In this document: one piece after another, positions 14,085 to 27,765 of the stretch
Position numbering within the stretch: position 1 is the first letter of the stretch
How the letters are laid out: the number at the start of each line of letters is the position of its first letter
The notes under the pieces: model-generated
Seen by the model: only the letters and a program-made list of their open reading frames with translations
Database searches by the model: none
Told to the model about the DNA's origin: nothing
From: Leucoraja erinacea
Lineage: Eukaryota
Assembly (NCBI RefSeq): GCF_028641065.1
Contig: NC_073410.1
Span: forward strand, 5,208,001 to 5,272,000
Reading direction: 5' to 3'
DNA: 64,000 nt
Program-made: the position numbers and the translations under genes

Positions 14085-14410
14085 GGGCGGCCAATGGTAC
14101 AATTGGTAGTGCTGCTGCCTCACAGCACCAGAGTCCCAGGTTCGATCCTGACCTCGGGCACTGTCTGTGTGGAATTTGCATGTTCTCCCGCAAATTCCAC
14201 ATTGATTCCTTCTGGCCGATCCTATTTCCGCCTACATCCCAAAGACGTGCAGATTTGTAGGTGGATTGGACTTTGTATATTGCCTGTGAAGTGTGCTGGG
14301 AGTGGATGGGGAAAGTGGGCCAACATGGAACTCATGTGTAGATGGATGATCAATGTTAGGCATGGACTCGCTGGGCTGAAGGGCATGTTTTCACACTGTA
14401 ACTACCGTTT
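14085..14410 (+). mobile_element. tRNA-derived SINE (V-SINE/HE1-like)
   Basis: A-box/B-box head (GGTTCGATCC), TGTGTGGAATTTGCATGTTCTCCC core and CR1-like tail. Confidence 0.75.
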
Positions 14411-14722
14411 GTAAGATAAATAGGATGATAAATGTCCAATAGGTTTTTTTATTTTATTGGAGTAATCAGCAAGCCAGCTCCCAAATATACACTGGTTCAT
14501 TAGATATATCTCTAGTTTAACACCTTTCTAAGAAGGCAATGTGTCCAAAGACATGATCCTCCTCAACATTGTGCTCCTAAGTAGCTCAGCTCTTGCAGTG
14601 AACTCCAACCTCTGAACAATTAGCCAAACAGATAAAAAAAATGCACAATTTTATTCTTGTAAGAACCTCGTTGCTGATTATGACTCTTATTCTGATCTTT
14701 ATCCATCTTTGTGTCTCTGCAG

Positions 14723-14766
14723 GTCTTGTACAGTTCTATAAAAAATGAGAAATTACAGTGGACAAT
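14723..14766 (+). CDS. PSD: PSD 44-nt exon VLYSSIKNEKLQWT(I), end of the Sec7 region
   Basis: Acceptor ctctgcag|GTC and donor AT|gtaagt; matches the PSD motif ALYSSIKNEKLQWAI; phase 0 to phase 2. Not listed in the ORF track. Confidence 0.93.
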
Positions 14767-16324
14767 GTAAGTATAAAACATTTGTCTTGCTTGCTTGATG
14801 TTATGCAAATTGATTCGTTAAGGTAGAGCTCCATCTTGATAACCAGCGACTTTCACCAACTGGAAGACAAGCATTGGAGACACATAAAAGAGCCACATCC
14901 TACACATACGATATCGTTCCTGAGCAGGGGATACATGAGCAATTCATTAACATTGGGCCAATGTACTGGAGGTATCCATACAGTGTCACTGGGAGCTACA
15001 CCATGTGGATGGCAGTGATTCAGGAAGGTAATTCGCCACCACTTTCTTGGGAACATTTAACAATAGGCAATTAATTCTGGGCTTTCCAACATCATCCACA
15101 TGTAAGATTTTCCTTTAAAGTCAGTAATTCACTGTTACGAGCAATTAAGTGATTTGTAGATATAACTGCAGCTTGTTCTGATATATTTGGCATGTATTGT
15201 CTGTTTTGGTGCAGTGAAGTTGCATCCGATCCAGTCTGTATACATTGTGAACGCTGACAAGTTCCTGTAGAACTGCAGTGAATAATTCATTCCCAGAGAA
15301 CCCGTGTGGATATGGACAGTTCCCCCTGTAAACCCCATCACAATCCCAAGGATCCACTTTAAAATCACACACCCTGAGACCCTCTGTGATTTTTTGCACA
15401 TCTCCACACATCCCAATCACCATGTACAATGCATGGATATTTTGTATATATTGGTACATTACTATGACTTCCGGCAAATACTGACACATACCCTGGGACC
15501 CCCCTCAGATACCTGCAAAGTCCGAGGGACCTCCGATAACACTGACACATCCTCAGCTAATACTCCCATTCTCTATGGGACTTCTTATTCACACACTGTG
15601 TGCCCTGCCTGTCTGGGTCCCCTGTGCAAATACTACCGAGGAGATCATCTCCCAACTGCTGAAATGACATTAAAATGAATTATTTAACACAAGCCAGTTT
15701 TATCCGTAACAAAAATCAGTCCAAAGAACTTCACCTTTCCATGTTCTCCAGGGATACTGCCTAACCCGCTGAGTTACGCCAGCACTTTGTATCTTTTAAA
15801 AAATTCAATACAAGTTGAATTACATCCTGATATTCCTAACAGTTGCATTCGTTTCCTTCACTCTTCATTACTATTTGCTGGAGTTTGTCAGAAAGACGCA
15901 GTCAATTTGTGATCCGCACCGCTTGCTTTCTGGAGAAAATAGTTCTTGTTAATTGCATTGTATCTCTCCCTTATACTCTTGCTATTGGTTTCAAATTACA
16001 GTTTTGAATTAGCATGTGCACACTAATTAGATGCATTACCGCCTTTGCAAATTGATTCAGGCAGTCAAACCATGTCGTACATAATGTTACTTGCCCTCAA
16101 CATCTAGATGTGTGTGGAAAGGTATGTATTCACCATAGCATCTCTCACGGGATAGTTGGTGGAGAGTGATGTCGAACCTTTAGCTGTGAAGCATGGAGAG
16201 ACATTGTGCTGAAGGATAGAATTTGAGCTGACTCGCCCATGGTTAAGAAATCCTTGCAATGAAGCATTTTCTGAGTAAAGATTCCGGTGAAACATTTTGT
16301 TATGTTTTCTTTTTTCTTTTATTG

Positions 16325-17415
16325 GGATCTGGACGCTGCATTGAAGGCAGCCTCTGCCTGCAGTCTGTTTGGTTTTTCAATCTTTTTTTTAATTTTTAGT
16401 CAGTTTTAAAGTTTGTTTTTGGGGATTCTTTAGCTTTTTTATGTGGGGGAGGGGAGGGGGGTAGGGTAACGGCCCTGTCCCACTGTACGAGTTCATTCAA
16501 GAGCTCTCCCGAGTTTAAAAAAAAATCAAACTTGTGGTAAGCGCGTAGAATGAACGTAGCGGGTATGTTGGAGCTCGGGGACGTCACTTAGCGTTGCGTA
16601 ACGCTAACGGCAGGTACTCGGGAAGAATCGTTAACGGCAGGTAAGCTCGGGAAGACTCGTGAAGATTTTTCAACATGTTGAAAAATGTCCACGAGAGCCC
16701 CGAGTACCAACGAGTGGCCTTTACCGTAAATCTCCAAGTATGAATCAGGGCAAACTCGGGGAAAACTCTTGAATGAACTCGTACGGTGGGACAGGGCTTT
16801 AAGGGGGAAACTGTTTCCCAGTCGCTTCCTGGCGAGGATGCGACTATTTTCTGAGTCGCGTCCTCGCCCCCCCCTCCTCACGGCCTACCACCTAGATTGG
16901 AGCGGCCTTTCCTTCCGGGGACTGTGCCAGAGCTTCAGCGGCGGTGCAGCGCTGGATTCACCGTGGAGCGGGCGATGCCTTACCTGGATCGCCGTTTGTA
17001 GCTCAGGAGCGTTGGGCCGCTGCTCCAACATCGTGGAGCTGTGGTTTGGAGAACTTCCAGCGCGGCCGGCACTGAACAACATTGTGTAGTCCTGGAGCAC
17101 TTTGCCGAGGGCCGCCAGCGTTGCATCTCCGCCCAGCGCGGCCTGCGGACTTCGGGAGCAGCGGACTCCGGTAGGAGGCGCCCAACTCGGATGTCCAAGC
17201 CGCTGAGGATATCCTCCAGTCCCGACATTGGACTTCCATCACCCCGGCGAGCGGGCCTGAGCATCGGGCCGCCCGTGGGAAATTGATTCCGCTGTGTGGG
17301 GATGTCTATGTAAAAAACGATCATGTTCTGTGCTGTTTATTATTCATATGGCTGTATGGCGACCACGCATTTCACTGTACCAATCTGCACATGTGACAAA
17401 TAAATGTATCTTGTA
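16325..17415 (+). repeat. GC/CpG-rich unclassified interspersed element hosting the MITE
   Basis: CpG-rich block 16800-17300 ending in a LINE-like tail (TTCACTGTAC...GTGACAAATAAA). Confidence 0.45.
16470..16799. mobile_element. PIF/Harbinger-type MITE
   Basis: TIR (G)GCCCTGTCCCACTGTACGAGTTCATTCAAGAG and its inverse; TAA on both flanks. Confidence 0.8.
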
Positions 17416-17442
17416 CTTTGACAAGTCAGGCAAGGCCAGCAT

Positions 17443-17742
17443 TTAGTTTAGTTTCAAGATAGACAGCTTGGAGACAGGCCCTTCTGCTCACCGAGTTGAT
17501 GCAGATCATCGATCACCCATTCACTGTCGATCTGTTATCCCATTTCCTCATCCAATGGGGACATTTTATTTGACATAGGCCAATTAACCTACGAACCCAT
17601 GTAGGAAGAAACCGGAGCACCTAGAGGAAGCCCACGCAAAGAAATCCACAGGAAAAGTGTGTAAACTCCATACATACAGCAGCCGAGGTCAAGATCTGAC
17701 CTGTGTCTGTGGCACTATGATATAGCAGGTTTACCAGCTATG
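17443..17742 (-). mobile_element. tRNA-derived SINE, minus strand (further minus copies at about 18400-18540, 24585-24875, 36316-36592, 50385-50665, 58890-59085)
   Basis: Reverse complement of the same SINE consensus. Confidence 0.65.
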
Positions 17743-18774
17743 ATGCCCTAGTTATTGCCCATCCTAGAGCACCCTTGAATAAGGAGGTGAGCTGTCTTAT
17801 TAGAACCACCGCAGGACTGCTGGTGAAGCCCAAAATAAAAAAATCAAATTGTATAAATACAAAATGTGAACACTTTTTGTTATTCAGCAGACTTGTCGCA
17901 GCTCATTAGTGTAAGTTTGGTGGTAGGCTAGCTGTTTCCACTCAAGCATCTGAAGGTGTCACATAATATTCGATGCTTCAGACTGCTGGGTATCAGCCAC
18001 TGTGCCCTCAGAGGACAATCAAGTCTTTTAAAAAGTCAATGTGCTGCAGAAGAACCTGGCATTTCCTCGACACTAACATAAATATTGTTGTTGGCTTCAG
18101 CTGCTGCTGAGGTCAGGTGTGGCTATTGATTGAAGGCAATGACTTCAATGTGAACAATTAAGGCTCATTCTGTTCCCAGCGAGGTGGGCAGTTCAGCTCG
18201 GATCCCTGCTCCAGTTATAGGTTCAATGAGAGCTGTATCAATCACTGCAGGGTCTATGAGCTGCTGTGTGGAAGATGCTAATTTGCAACAGTTAAACGCA
18301 AGCTCTATTCTTCTTCTCTTGCTCAAAAATCTGGGAGTCGGGCAAGGAGAGTGGAGTGGTGCTGGGCTTTGGGGTAAGGGGTGCAAGAATCACAGGGTGT
18401 TTAGTTTAGAGATACAGCATGGAAACAGGCCCTTCGGCCCACTGGGTCCGTACCGACCAGCGATCCCCGAACTACCTTGCACACTCGGGACAATTGTTAC
18501 ATTACTCGGTTTATCTCTAGACCAAATAAGAGCAAATCTCTCTTGTGTCTAGTGCAAATCAGATATCACAGTACTAAAGATTGAAAGGGCACATTTTTTT
18601 TAAAAGTTCACATTTGCTAGTTTTTGTTTTCTCTGGATGATTATCCCCAAAGTCAGGAAACAATGGCTAAAACACAAGAAGGTATTGGACCAAGGTACTT
18701 CTACTGAACCTCAGACACAATTAGTTCCATAATAATAGATCAAATTGTAAAAGAATGGTGACCAAAATGGAGAT

Positions 18775-18965
18775 ACACAAAAATGCTGGAGAAACTCAGC
18801 GGGTGCAGCAGCATCTATGGAGTGAAGGAACTCCAGACTGAAGAAGGATTTCGGCCCGAAACGTTGCCTATTTCCTTCGCTCCATAGATGCTGCTGCACC
18901 CGCTGAGTTTCGCCAACATTTTTGTGTACCTTCGATTTTCCAGCATCTGCAGTTCCTTCTTAACT
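18775..18965. mobile_element. Penelope-derived foldback with a 13-bp TSD (CCAAAATGGAGAT)
   Basis: Direct repeat at 18762-18774 and 18966-18978. Confidence 0.8.
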
Positions 18966-19906
18966 CCAAAATGGAGATGTCTGTTCCAGCACATATTCGG
19001 AACGAGCGACTGAGGACATAATTGTATCTACAGGTTTTACATCCATCTTGCAAGGTATAGAGACTTTCCTTTAGCAACTAAATAGACCAGTGTGTCCTTG
19101 CACATGAATTGCTAAATGTTAATGTGCAGATACACTGGCAATTAAGAAGGCAAATATTATGTTGGCTCCAAGTACAAGAAGACGCCCCAGGATTTTGGGA
19201 CTCACAAAATCTTTGCGCGACACGTAAATCACGCCCAAGTGGGACAGGCCCTTCAGTCACCTTAATGTTCTCTGCATAATAAAACCTTCCCACTTCACTC
19301 AATCAACATCAATGCGACAATCCCAAGTGTAATTATCCAATTCATTTTCACACCTCTGCACTTCAGTTTTAACCTCTGAAATTTTAATAAACCTCCAGTT
19401 ATCAGGAACGTGGCCTGCCAGGATATTCTGGAGCCCACGTTGTCAAGGTTACCGGGACCTGCAAGCTGTGATGGGTGTTGAGGGGTGAATACTAATGCCG
19501 AAAAATAATTTTTTACTGAATAACAAATGCCGCTGGAGCACCAGCCATCAGCATGTCTGTTTATCCTTCAATAAGTTACTCAACCAAATTCTGTTGTCCT
19601 TGAATTATGGATAAAGAATTGATATAATTTCTGTCTGTGCTCCTCATTTACATAAGAATAAGACAGAAATTACTCCAATGCTGTGAGGTGCCACCTGGAC
19701 CCTGGTTCTCCTGCCAGCAATTTGCTCTCTCAGTTGACCTTCACGTTGCATTACCATCATAGAGCATTGAACAGCGCAGCACAGGAGCCCTTCAGCCCAC
19801 ATTGTCCTTGCCCAACATAATGCCAAGACCAACTCTATCTGCCTGCCAGTAATTCATATCCCTCCATCCCCTGCATATCTATGTTCCTATCCAAATGACT
19901 CTTTAA

Positions 19907-20086
19907 CGGCCCATCCCACTTGTCATTTGCGCGTAATGTACGCAACATCAGTTGCACGTCGTTACGTGCGCATGGTGTGCAAAGAAATAGGCAGTGACGC
20001 GCGGCGTCGCAGAATTTTGTGACGTACAAAATCTTCGCTCGCCATCTGTGTGACTCGCAAATGACGGCCAAATGGGACAGGCCCTT
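19907..20086. mobile_element. PIF/Harbinger-type MITE
   Basis: TAA|CGGCCCATCCCACTTG ... CAAATGGGACAGGCCCTT|TAA; inserted in a minus-strand CR1 fragment. Confidence 0.7.
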
Positions 20087-20365
20087 TAAATGTCACTATT
20101 GTATCTACTTCCCCACCACAGACGGCAGGGTGCTCCATGCACTCACCGCCTTCTAGAAAATCGTACGCCCCCCCCCCCCCTCCATATTTCCCTTTAAGCT
20201 TTGCACCCTTCAGGTATTTACATTTGAACGGCAACAAATTAAATAACAACAGAACTCACCCCCCAGATTCGAACATTTGCCTGCATTAGGGAACATTTAC
20301 AGTAGCCAATAATACTACGTCTTGGGGGTATGGGAAGAAAACGGAGCCCCCAGTATGTAAAATGA

Positions 20366-20401
20366 CTGGAGGCGTGGGTTCGAATCCCACTTCTGACACC
20401 A
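20366..20401 (+). pseudogene. Retroposed 3' fragment of mature tRNA-Leu (CAG/CAA type) including CCA
   Basis: CTGGAGGCGTGGGTTCGAATCCCACTTCTGACACCA flanked by ATGTAAAATGACT at 20355-20367 and 20401-20413. Confidence 0.85.
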
Positions 20402-22029
20402 TGTAAAATGACTTGATTCCTACACAGAGTCTTTTACTAATTGTTTATTACAATCACTAACACACACTATGCAATAGCTGTCCGTGGTCATCACTGGAGC
20501 TAGAGAGCGGGCTGGAGGTGGGGACCTTACAATTAAACGAGAGACAATGGGGAGTGGTTAATAGTGGTGAGGTCACTATGTTAAAGGAACATGCACTGAT
20601 CTACACAGTAGAAACTCATGTGGTCACAGGGAGAAGTTGCAAACACTACACAGACAGCATTGAAAGTCAGGATGAAACCTGGGTCTCCAGCACTGAGAGG
20701 CCACGGCAATGTACTTGGTGAAATGATCATTCCTCATCTCTCCTCTGGGTTGTTTGCTAGTTATCACCCCTCCCCTCTCATTCATCCCCAATGTGCTGAT
20801 GGAAATAGTTTTCTCATTGATGATATTAAACTCCTCGTGCGCTTTTATTAATTGTTGTCACTGCTCCAACCCTTCTCCCAAAATGCTGGAGTAACTCAGC
20901 GGGACAGGCAGCATCTCTGGAGAGAAGGAATGGGTGACATTTCGGGTTGAGAAAGATCTCGACCCGAAACGTCACTCATTCCTTCTCTCCAGAGATGCTG
21001 CCTATCCCGCTGAGACACCAGCATTTTGGTATAATCCTACTGCGTTGGCCTTTATCTGTGACTTTGTGCCCTTGGTTCATAGCTCATCTCAGATAGTGAA
21101 AATAGTTGATCTACTTTGTCATGTCTGACCACTCTATGGAATTATTCTTAACCTCTTTGTAAGGAGAACGATTGCACTTTTGCCATGTCATATGGGTCAC
21201 TTCAACTCCTTCATCCTGGGACCCTTTGTTATTTACACAACCATTTTTTGGGCCTTCATATCCTCCCTAAAGAGCAGTGACGGAACCAGACGCTATACCT
21301 TAGTTGCAGCTTGCGATGTTCCAGTGCTCGGTGTAACAACTTTGCTTTTGTACTCTGCGCTACTGTTTATAGATTGCAGATCCCAAGCGATGGGCTCTAA
21401 TGACTGTATTCAGTATTAGGTAACCTGATAACCTCTAGTGTGGTTGAAATTGAGGTTATAATTAGTACTTCATCTAATGAGCAATGCTCTGGAGTCTTGT
21501 GTTGATGGGTGACATAGTGGTGTGGGTGCCTATCTATGTACTGGATGGAACTTGTTTGTTCCACGATTTTTGCTTGGGTTGTTTTGGAATTGTATCAGAT
21601 TTTCCCCTGATTCCTATCCTTCTGTCTTGGGAACTATCATGGCCCTTGATGGGAGTTGCTGTTATTTATGTTGTCCCGTACTGAAATGTATGACGTTTCA
21701 GAGAGACCTAGCTAACACCCTGGAGAAGGACTTGGTTGGGTTTTGTAAACCACATTGCCAAATGTTTACAGTGACTGATTGTTGGTTACAAGTTTTGGCT
21801 CAATGCTAACACTTCCACCTCCGTGTTAAAAGGCCGAGGGTTCAAACTCACCTCCAAGACTTGCTGTCAGAGTGCCCCTACAGACAAAATGTTGTTTTTG
21901 GCATCGTGAGGCAGGTGCTAGTGCTGTTGCTAGATATCACAGTGCTAGATATCCTGGTTCGATCTGGATGAATATATATCCTCCGGTGCTGTCTGTGTGG
22001 AGTTTGCGTGCCTTCTAGGGTTTGGTAAC

Positions 22030-22570
22030 ATACCTATTGAGGGTAGAATATCTCAAACCACTGGAGACTTAACAGCAATCCAGTCCCCATAAGTTCCTCC
22101 AAATCTACTGGTAGGACACGTACCAAATCAGTGATCTCAGCTCGGCCAGCATGCCAGTATAGATCTCAGCCACCTCTGTTGGAGTAGTCACATCATTCAC
22201 TTCTTCCCCCAACCAGCCTCTCAAAACATTATTCCCTCATGGGGGATACAATCTGGAGGACATCGAAAATGGATCAAAGGATATTCCCCAAAGCCTCCGT
22301 GAGAAAGTATAACATCCCCAGAGATTTATGTGAATCTCTGCCATTCTCAAATTGGTGCTCAGGGTGACACTAAGAACCTGGAGTCTTTGACAGGAGCAAG
22401 CAGAAGTCCGTTGTTGATAATGGTGAGGTGGGCCAGCTACTGGACCAAATCCACACCATCAAGCATGACCTGCCTCACCTGGAGAAGAGTCTGCCCATCA
22501 GCCGTTCCATAACCCACAGACCCTGAATGAGAGCACATCATCCTTGGCCAAGGGGCAGACTGAGAAGAAG
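22030..22570 (+). mobile_element. Degraded RTE-clade LINE 3' fragment
   Basis: Residual KDIPQSL / KYNIPRD-like motifs and a GAAGAAGATGAT tail; heavily decayed. Confidence 0.5.
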
Positions 22571-23440
22571 ATGATCACGGTGGCAACTCTTTTCCACCGT
22601 ACCATTAAGTTTTTAATTACAGAAGGAGAGGCATTACAATTATTGAAATCAAAATATCAGGCCATGTCCCCATTTATATACAAGTTAATTAGGAAGTGAA
22701 TCAAGCTAGATTGATGTAAGCTTTGTTGGAAATCGAGGGACAAATGCATGCATTGCAAACGTTCAGAAAGCTAATCTTTTAAATTATATTTTCATATTTT
22801 AGCTGCTTACGGTTAATTGCATTGATGTTTTTGTCAGCACCTGTTCTTTCCCCACCCCTCATTAACTACTGCGAAGGCTCATTGCAGCTGTGAGCTCTCT
22901 GCAAAGGTACTCAGCCAGAAGTAAGGAAGAACAAATTCTTGTGTGGACCAGTGGGACTGCACACTGTGGTGGGTCCACATGGTTTGTCCAGGAAAGCCAA
23001 ACTAGACCTCCGCTCTTGGTTTCAAAACTCATATGGCCATCTGCATTCAAGGCCATTGTTTGTCCGATGCTAAGCAAGGTGAGAAAAGGCTGAGATATTG
23101 GCAAATGGGCAAAATGATAGAGAACACGGTATTTTGTGGCCAAATTGCAATGTGTGTAGGTAACTTGTAGTGGTGTGTCTGCTGCCAATCTTGTGAACGT
23201 GAGCATTGGAAGTGATGTGGTCGAGGGTAATGATGATTCTGCTGCTTGCAGGATGTCTCATTCCCTTTTTCATCCATACACCCAGATGTTAGAGTAACAC
23301 TTACAAAAAAAAAGCCCATCTGGTTTCTTGTGTCTGCACCATCATTCAACAGGATCATGGCCAATCTTTTACCCCAGCACCACCTTCTTGCTTAAGTTAC
23401 ATATTCCTTGCTTCTATTAATATGGGCGAACCTGTCCCAT

Positions 23441-23775
23441 TGGGCACCACAGTGGTGCAACTGGTGGAATTACTGCCTCTCAGTGCCAGTGACCCAGATT
23501 CGATCCTGACCTCGGGTACTGACTGTGAAGTTTGCACTTTCTCCCCATGACCAGGTGGATTTCCTTCGGGTGCTCTGGTTTCGTCCCCAGTCTCGAAGAC
23601 GTGCAAGTTTGTAGGTTAATTGGCCTCTGTAAATTTCCCCGAGTATGTAGTGAGTTGATGAGAAATTGGGATAACATCGAACTAGCGTGAACAAGTGATC
23701 AATGGTTAGCATAAACTTGGCTTGTACTTGAAGGGCCTGATTCCATCCTGTATCTTCCAATTCAATTCAATTCAA
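23441..23775 (+). mobile_element. tRNA-derived SINE (V-SINE/HE1-like)
   Basis: Full head, core and tail with an (AATTC)n end. Confidence 0.75.
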
Positions 23776-25137
23776 TCAATAATGAAATTAGAATTAAGGG
23801 CCACTCACACCCACATATTTGCTCTGCCACTTAATACCTCCCAAGCCCCTGCATTAACCTCCTGGCCGTCATTTACTTTAATATGTTAAATTACATTGAC
23901 GTACGTCTCAACTATACTCGGCAACAGACTCAACACAAAACTCTCGGGAAGAGAAATCCAAAGATTCACACCCTTTTGAGTGAAGACATTTCTTCCACAA
24001 CGGCCAACTCCTTATTTTGAGACGCTGCTTCTAGACATCCCATCCAAAACATGGTGCTGAACGACACCACTCATGTCCTTGTTAGCAAAAGCCCTTTAAG
24101 TTAACACGTTCTCAATGTACTGTCCTGTACATTTTAACCCTTTAATAGTTTATGAAGATGGAAAGCATTTCTGCTTCCAAAACCCTTTTTGCCAGTGAGT
24201 TTCAGACTTCCGTCATTACCTGCATGATTTTGATTGTCCTGAATTCTCTTCTAATCCTATCAATTAACTCCAGTCTCTGTTACCTAGTTATTGACTTCTC
24301 TGTTGGAGAACATAGGCTCTTTTGATTCACGATATCCAGGTATCATTTAATTTTATACATCTCCATGTTCCAAAGGAAGCAGCATCAGCCATCTGGATTC
24401 CTCCTCCTCTAAGATTTATCAATCCTGGCTACAACTTTATAAAGCTCCTTTGCATCCTCTTGTGTCGTTACCTTCACTAGCTGGACTGTTGTGTGCACAT
24501 TTCCTGATCTTGTAATCCATGCTTATTACTGTGAGGGCAAGTGTTTTATATGACTTCTTTTTACCAACTTTTTACGTTCATGGAAACTAGATCTTTGGCC
24601 CTCCGTGTCCACGGCAGCAAATGATAACTCATTAGTTCTTTGTTATCCCACATTTGTATCCATTCCGTACACACAAGGGGCAAGTTACACTGGCTGATTA
24701 ACCTTCAATCCCGCATGTCTTTGGGATGTGGGGAGGAAAGCCACTCCTTTGGCACCTGGAGGAAACCTACCTACACGGTCACAGGGAGAAAGTGCAAACT
24801 CCACATAGGCAGCAGCCAAGATCAGGATTAAATACGGGTCTCTGGCGCTGAGAGTGCTGATATGCTGCCCAGCCCTGTAATCATTAGGAATGTGTGGACC
24901 CACACACTCGAAGATCCTTCTATTCCTTAACTCTCCTCGGTGTAATCTGGGTCTTATTTCTGCTGTCCCTGTCTACTGCAGCAGTTCGTGCAAAGACATG
25001 TGAAGGTGCTGACGATTTGGCGAGCGCCGCAGTAATCGGATAATGTGTGGGAGAACTACTGTGCCAAATTGGCTCTTAGTCTGATTGGGACAGGGCTTTG
25101 ATTATGCTTTGACAATGTGTGCTTCTTCTCCTGACAG

Positions 25138-25328
25138 TAATGAAGAGGAACTCCGCAAGTCCTTGTCAGAGCTGGCTGATGAAAGGACGAATCCGAGCTT
25201 GAAGACCATGAAACGCATCAGCAGTGGCAGTAACCCCTTCCTCGATATCATGCAGGACCCCACAGCAGCCACCTACAAGCATGGCTTCCTGGTACGCAAA
25301 GTACATGCTGACTCTGACGGGAAGAAAA
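25138..25328 (+). CDS. PSD: PSD exon NEEELRKSLSELAD...YKHGFLVRKVHADSDGKK, start of the PH domain
   Basis: ctgacag|T acceptor (phase 2) and A|gtgagt donor (phase 1); EFA6-family sequence. Confidence 0.95.
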
Positions 25329-26582
25329 GTGAGTGTCACCTACTCAAAAAAAAAATCACAGAACGTACATTGTTTAAACCTGGGCAAGGGGGCGGAGAGG
25401 TTAACATGCTGTGCAGCCTTGCCATAAGCTTCAGGGACTAGTAGCCACTTTCTTAAACTCAGTGAGGGTAGGACAGGCATTTATCAAAAGTGCCGTGTTT
25501 CAGTCCAAGAATCTGTCACCCAGCCAGCTGATGACCCACCGTTGAGTCTTTCTTCATCCTTTTATGAGATGTGAATGTCGTTGGTAACACCAGTGTTTAC
25601 TGACCATTCCTGATTCCCCCTGAACAGAGAAGGCAGCTAAGAATAAGTTTAAAACAAAAAGGGCACAGAGTGCTGGAGTAACTCAGTGGGTCAGTCATCA
25701 TCTCTGGTCAACATGGATAGGTGACGTTTCAGGTCCTGACCCCAAATATAATCATCTTCATCCTAAAAATAATCTTCTGGGCCAGGTATTTGGGTATCCC
25801 GATATCTCCCGTGAATCGATGTTTACCTTTCCCCCCCAAAACCACCGAGTCCATTTATTTGTGTTACATGCAGGTTGTTGCCGATGTTCTGACGAAGGAG
25901 AATGTGAATGGACTATGAAAGATTTTCCTACACATTAGGCTTCATTCTTAAGTAATGTGGACCTCCCATAGCAAAATCACACCCGAATAAGGCCCTTCGC
26001 ACGGAAAGTGTGTTAGTTTAGGGGTTTAGTCTTGATCAACGCAACAATGAGCTCGCACTGTGATGAAAGACACAGACTTGTCCAATCATAACCTCACAAC
26101 AATGTATTTGCTCCATCCACCATGGTTGTTCAGAATGTCGATGATGCCTCTCATGATGTCTTTAGTTGAGTTTTATAAGGCATTTCATTCTTCACATGTT
26201 TAAATTATAATGTTTTATTTTTAATTTTCTACTGTATATCGTGTTGCTACTTGCGAGCAAATTCCTTGTATGTATACATATTTCAAGAGAGAACTAGATG
26301 GGGCTCTTAAAAATAGCGCAGTCAGGGGATATGGGGAGAAGGCGGGAACGGGGTACTGATTGGGGATGATCAGCCATGATCACATTGAATGGCGGTGCTG
26401 GCTTGAAAGGCCAAACGGCTTACTCCTGCACCTATGGACTATTGGCCAATACAATATATTAAATTCAATTCAATTCAAACGTTCCTCAGTTGTGGGTTGA
26501 ACTTGATCCAATTCTTGGACAATGGTAGGAGCTGACTGAGGATATTGGGGTGATTAGTGCAGGGTGCAAATCATCAGTATAA

Positions 26583-26693
<111 letters not shown>

Positions 26694-27211
26694 TAAGAGG
26701 CAGTTTTAATATGACTCGCAGCTACACTGTTTAAGAAAGAACTGCAGATACTGGAAAAATCGAAAAAATGCCGGAGAAACTCAACGGGCGAGGGAGCATC
26801 AATGGAGAGAAGGAATTGGCGATGTTTCGGGTTGAGACCATTCTTCAGACTTCCTTTGTATCTAAGAAAAGGAACAAAAAGGAGGGGAAAACTGATACAC
26901 AAGTATCACTTATGAAGTAGTATGTTTGTCTAATGAAATTTGGCTAAGTGGAATTAAAAATGTGATGTTTTAAAATATTTATTGCTGAAATAAATATTTT
27001 CATACTTACCTATATTTGACTAAATGTAATACAATACAATTGTAAAACAGAACGATACATTATCATGGCATAAATAATGTTGAATTAGAATTTTTTTTCA
27101 TTATTAATCTAAAATTTACAGGGATTCAAGAACTAGCAGCCAGCAACAATCAAATGGGTGATCAGTCAATGATGTATGGGAAGAAAGCTAAACAAGGTCA
27201 TGTTTATTGTC

Positions 27212-27490
27212 AGGTACACAGAAATGCTGGAGAAACTCAGCGGGTGCAGCAGCATCTATGGAGCGAAGGAAATAGGCAACATTTCGGGCCGAGACCTTTC
27301 TTCAGACTGAAGAAGGGTTTCGGCCCGAAATGCTGGAGAAACTCAGCGGGTGCAGCAGCATCTATGGAGCGAAGGAAATGAAGGGTTTCGGCCTGAAATG
27401 TTGCCTGTTTCCTTCGCTCCATAGATGCTGCTGCACCCGCTGAGTTTTTCCAGCATTTCGATTTTCCAGCATCTGCAGTTCCTTCTTGAA
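27212..27490. mobile_element. Compound Penelope-derived foldback just upstream of the 27607 exon
   Basis: Two tandem arms followed by an inverted arm. Confidence 0.75.
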
Positions 27491-27519
27491 CACATGTTTG
27501 TTATCAAATGCATGATTAG

Positions 27520-27765
<246 letters not shown>

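Noticed and set aside
16588-17324. Overlapping GC-rich ORFs
   Set aside because: They result from low stop-codon density in a GC-rich repeat and MITE; no family motifs.
20366-20401. Functional tRNA-Leu gene
   Set aside because: The 5' half, D-arm and anticodon are absent.
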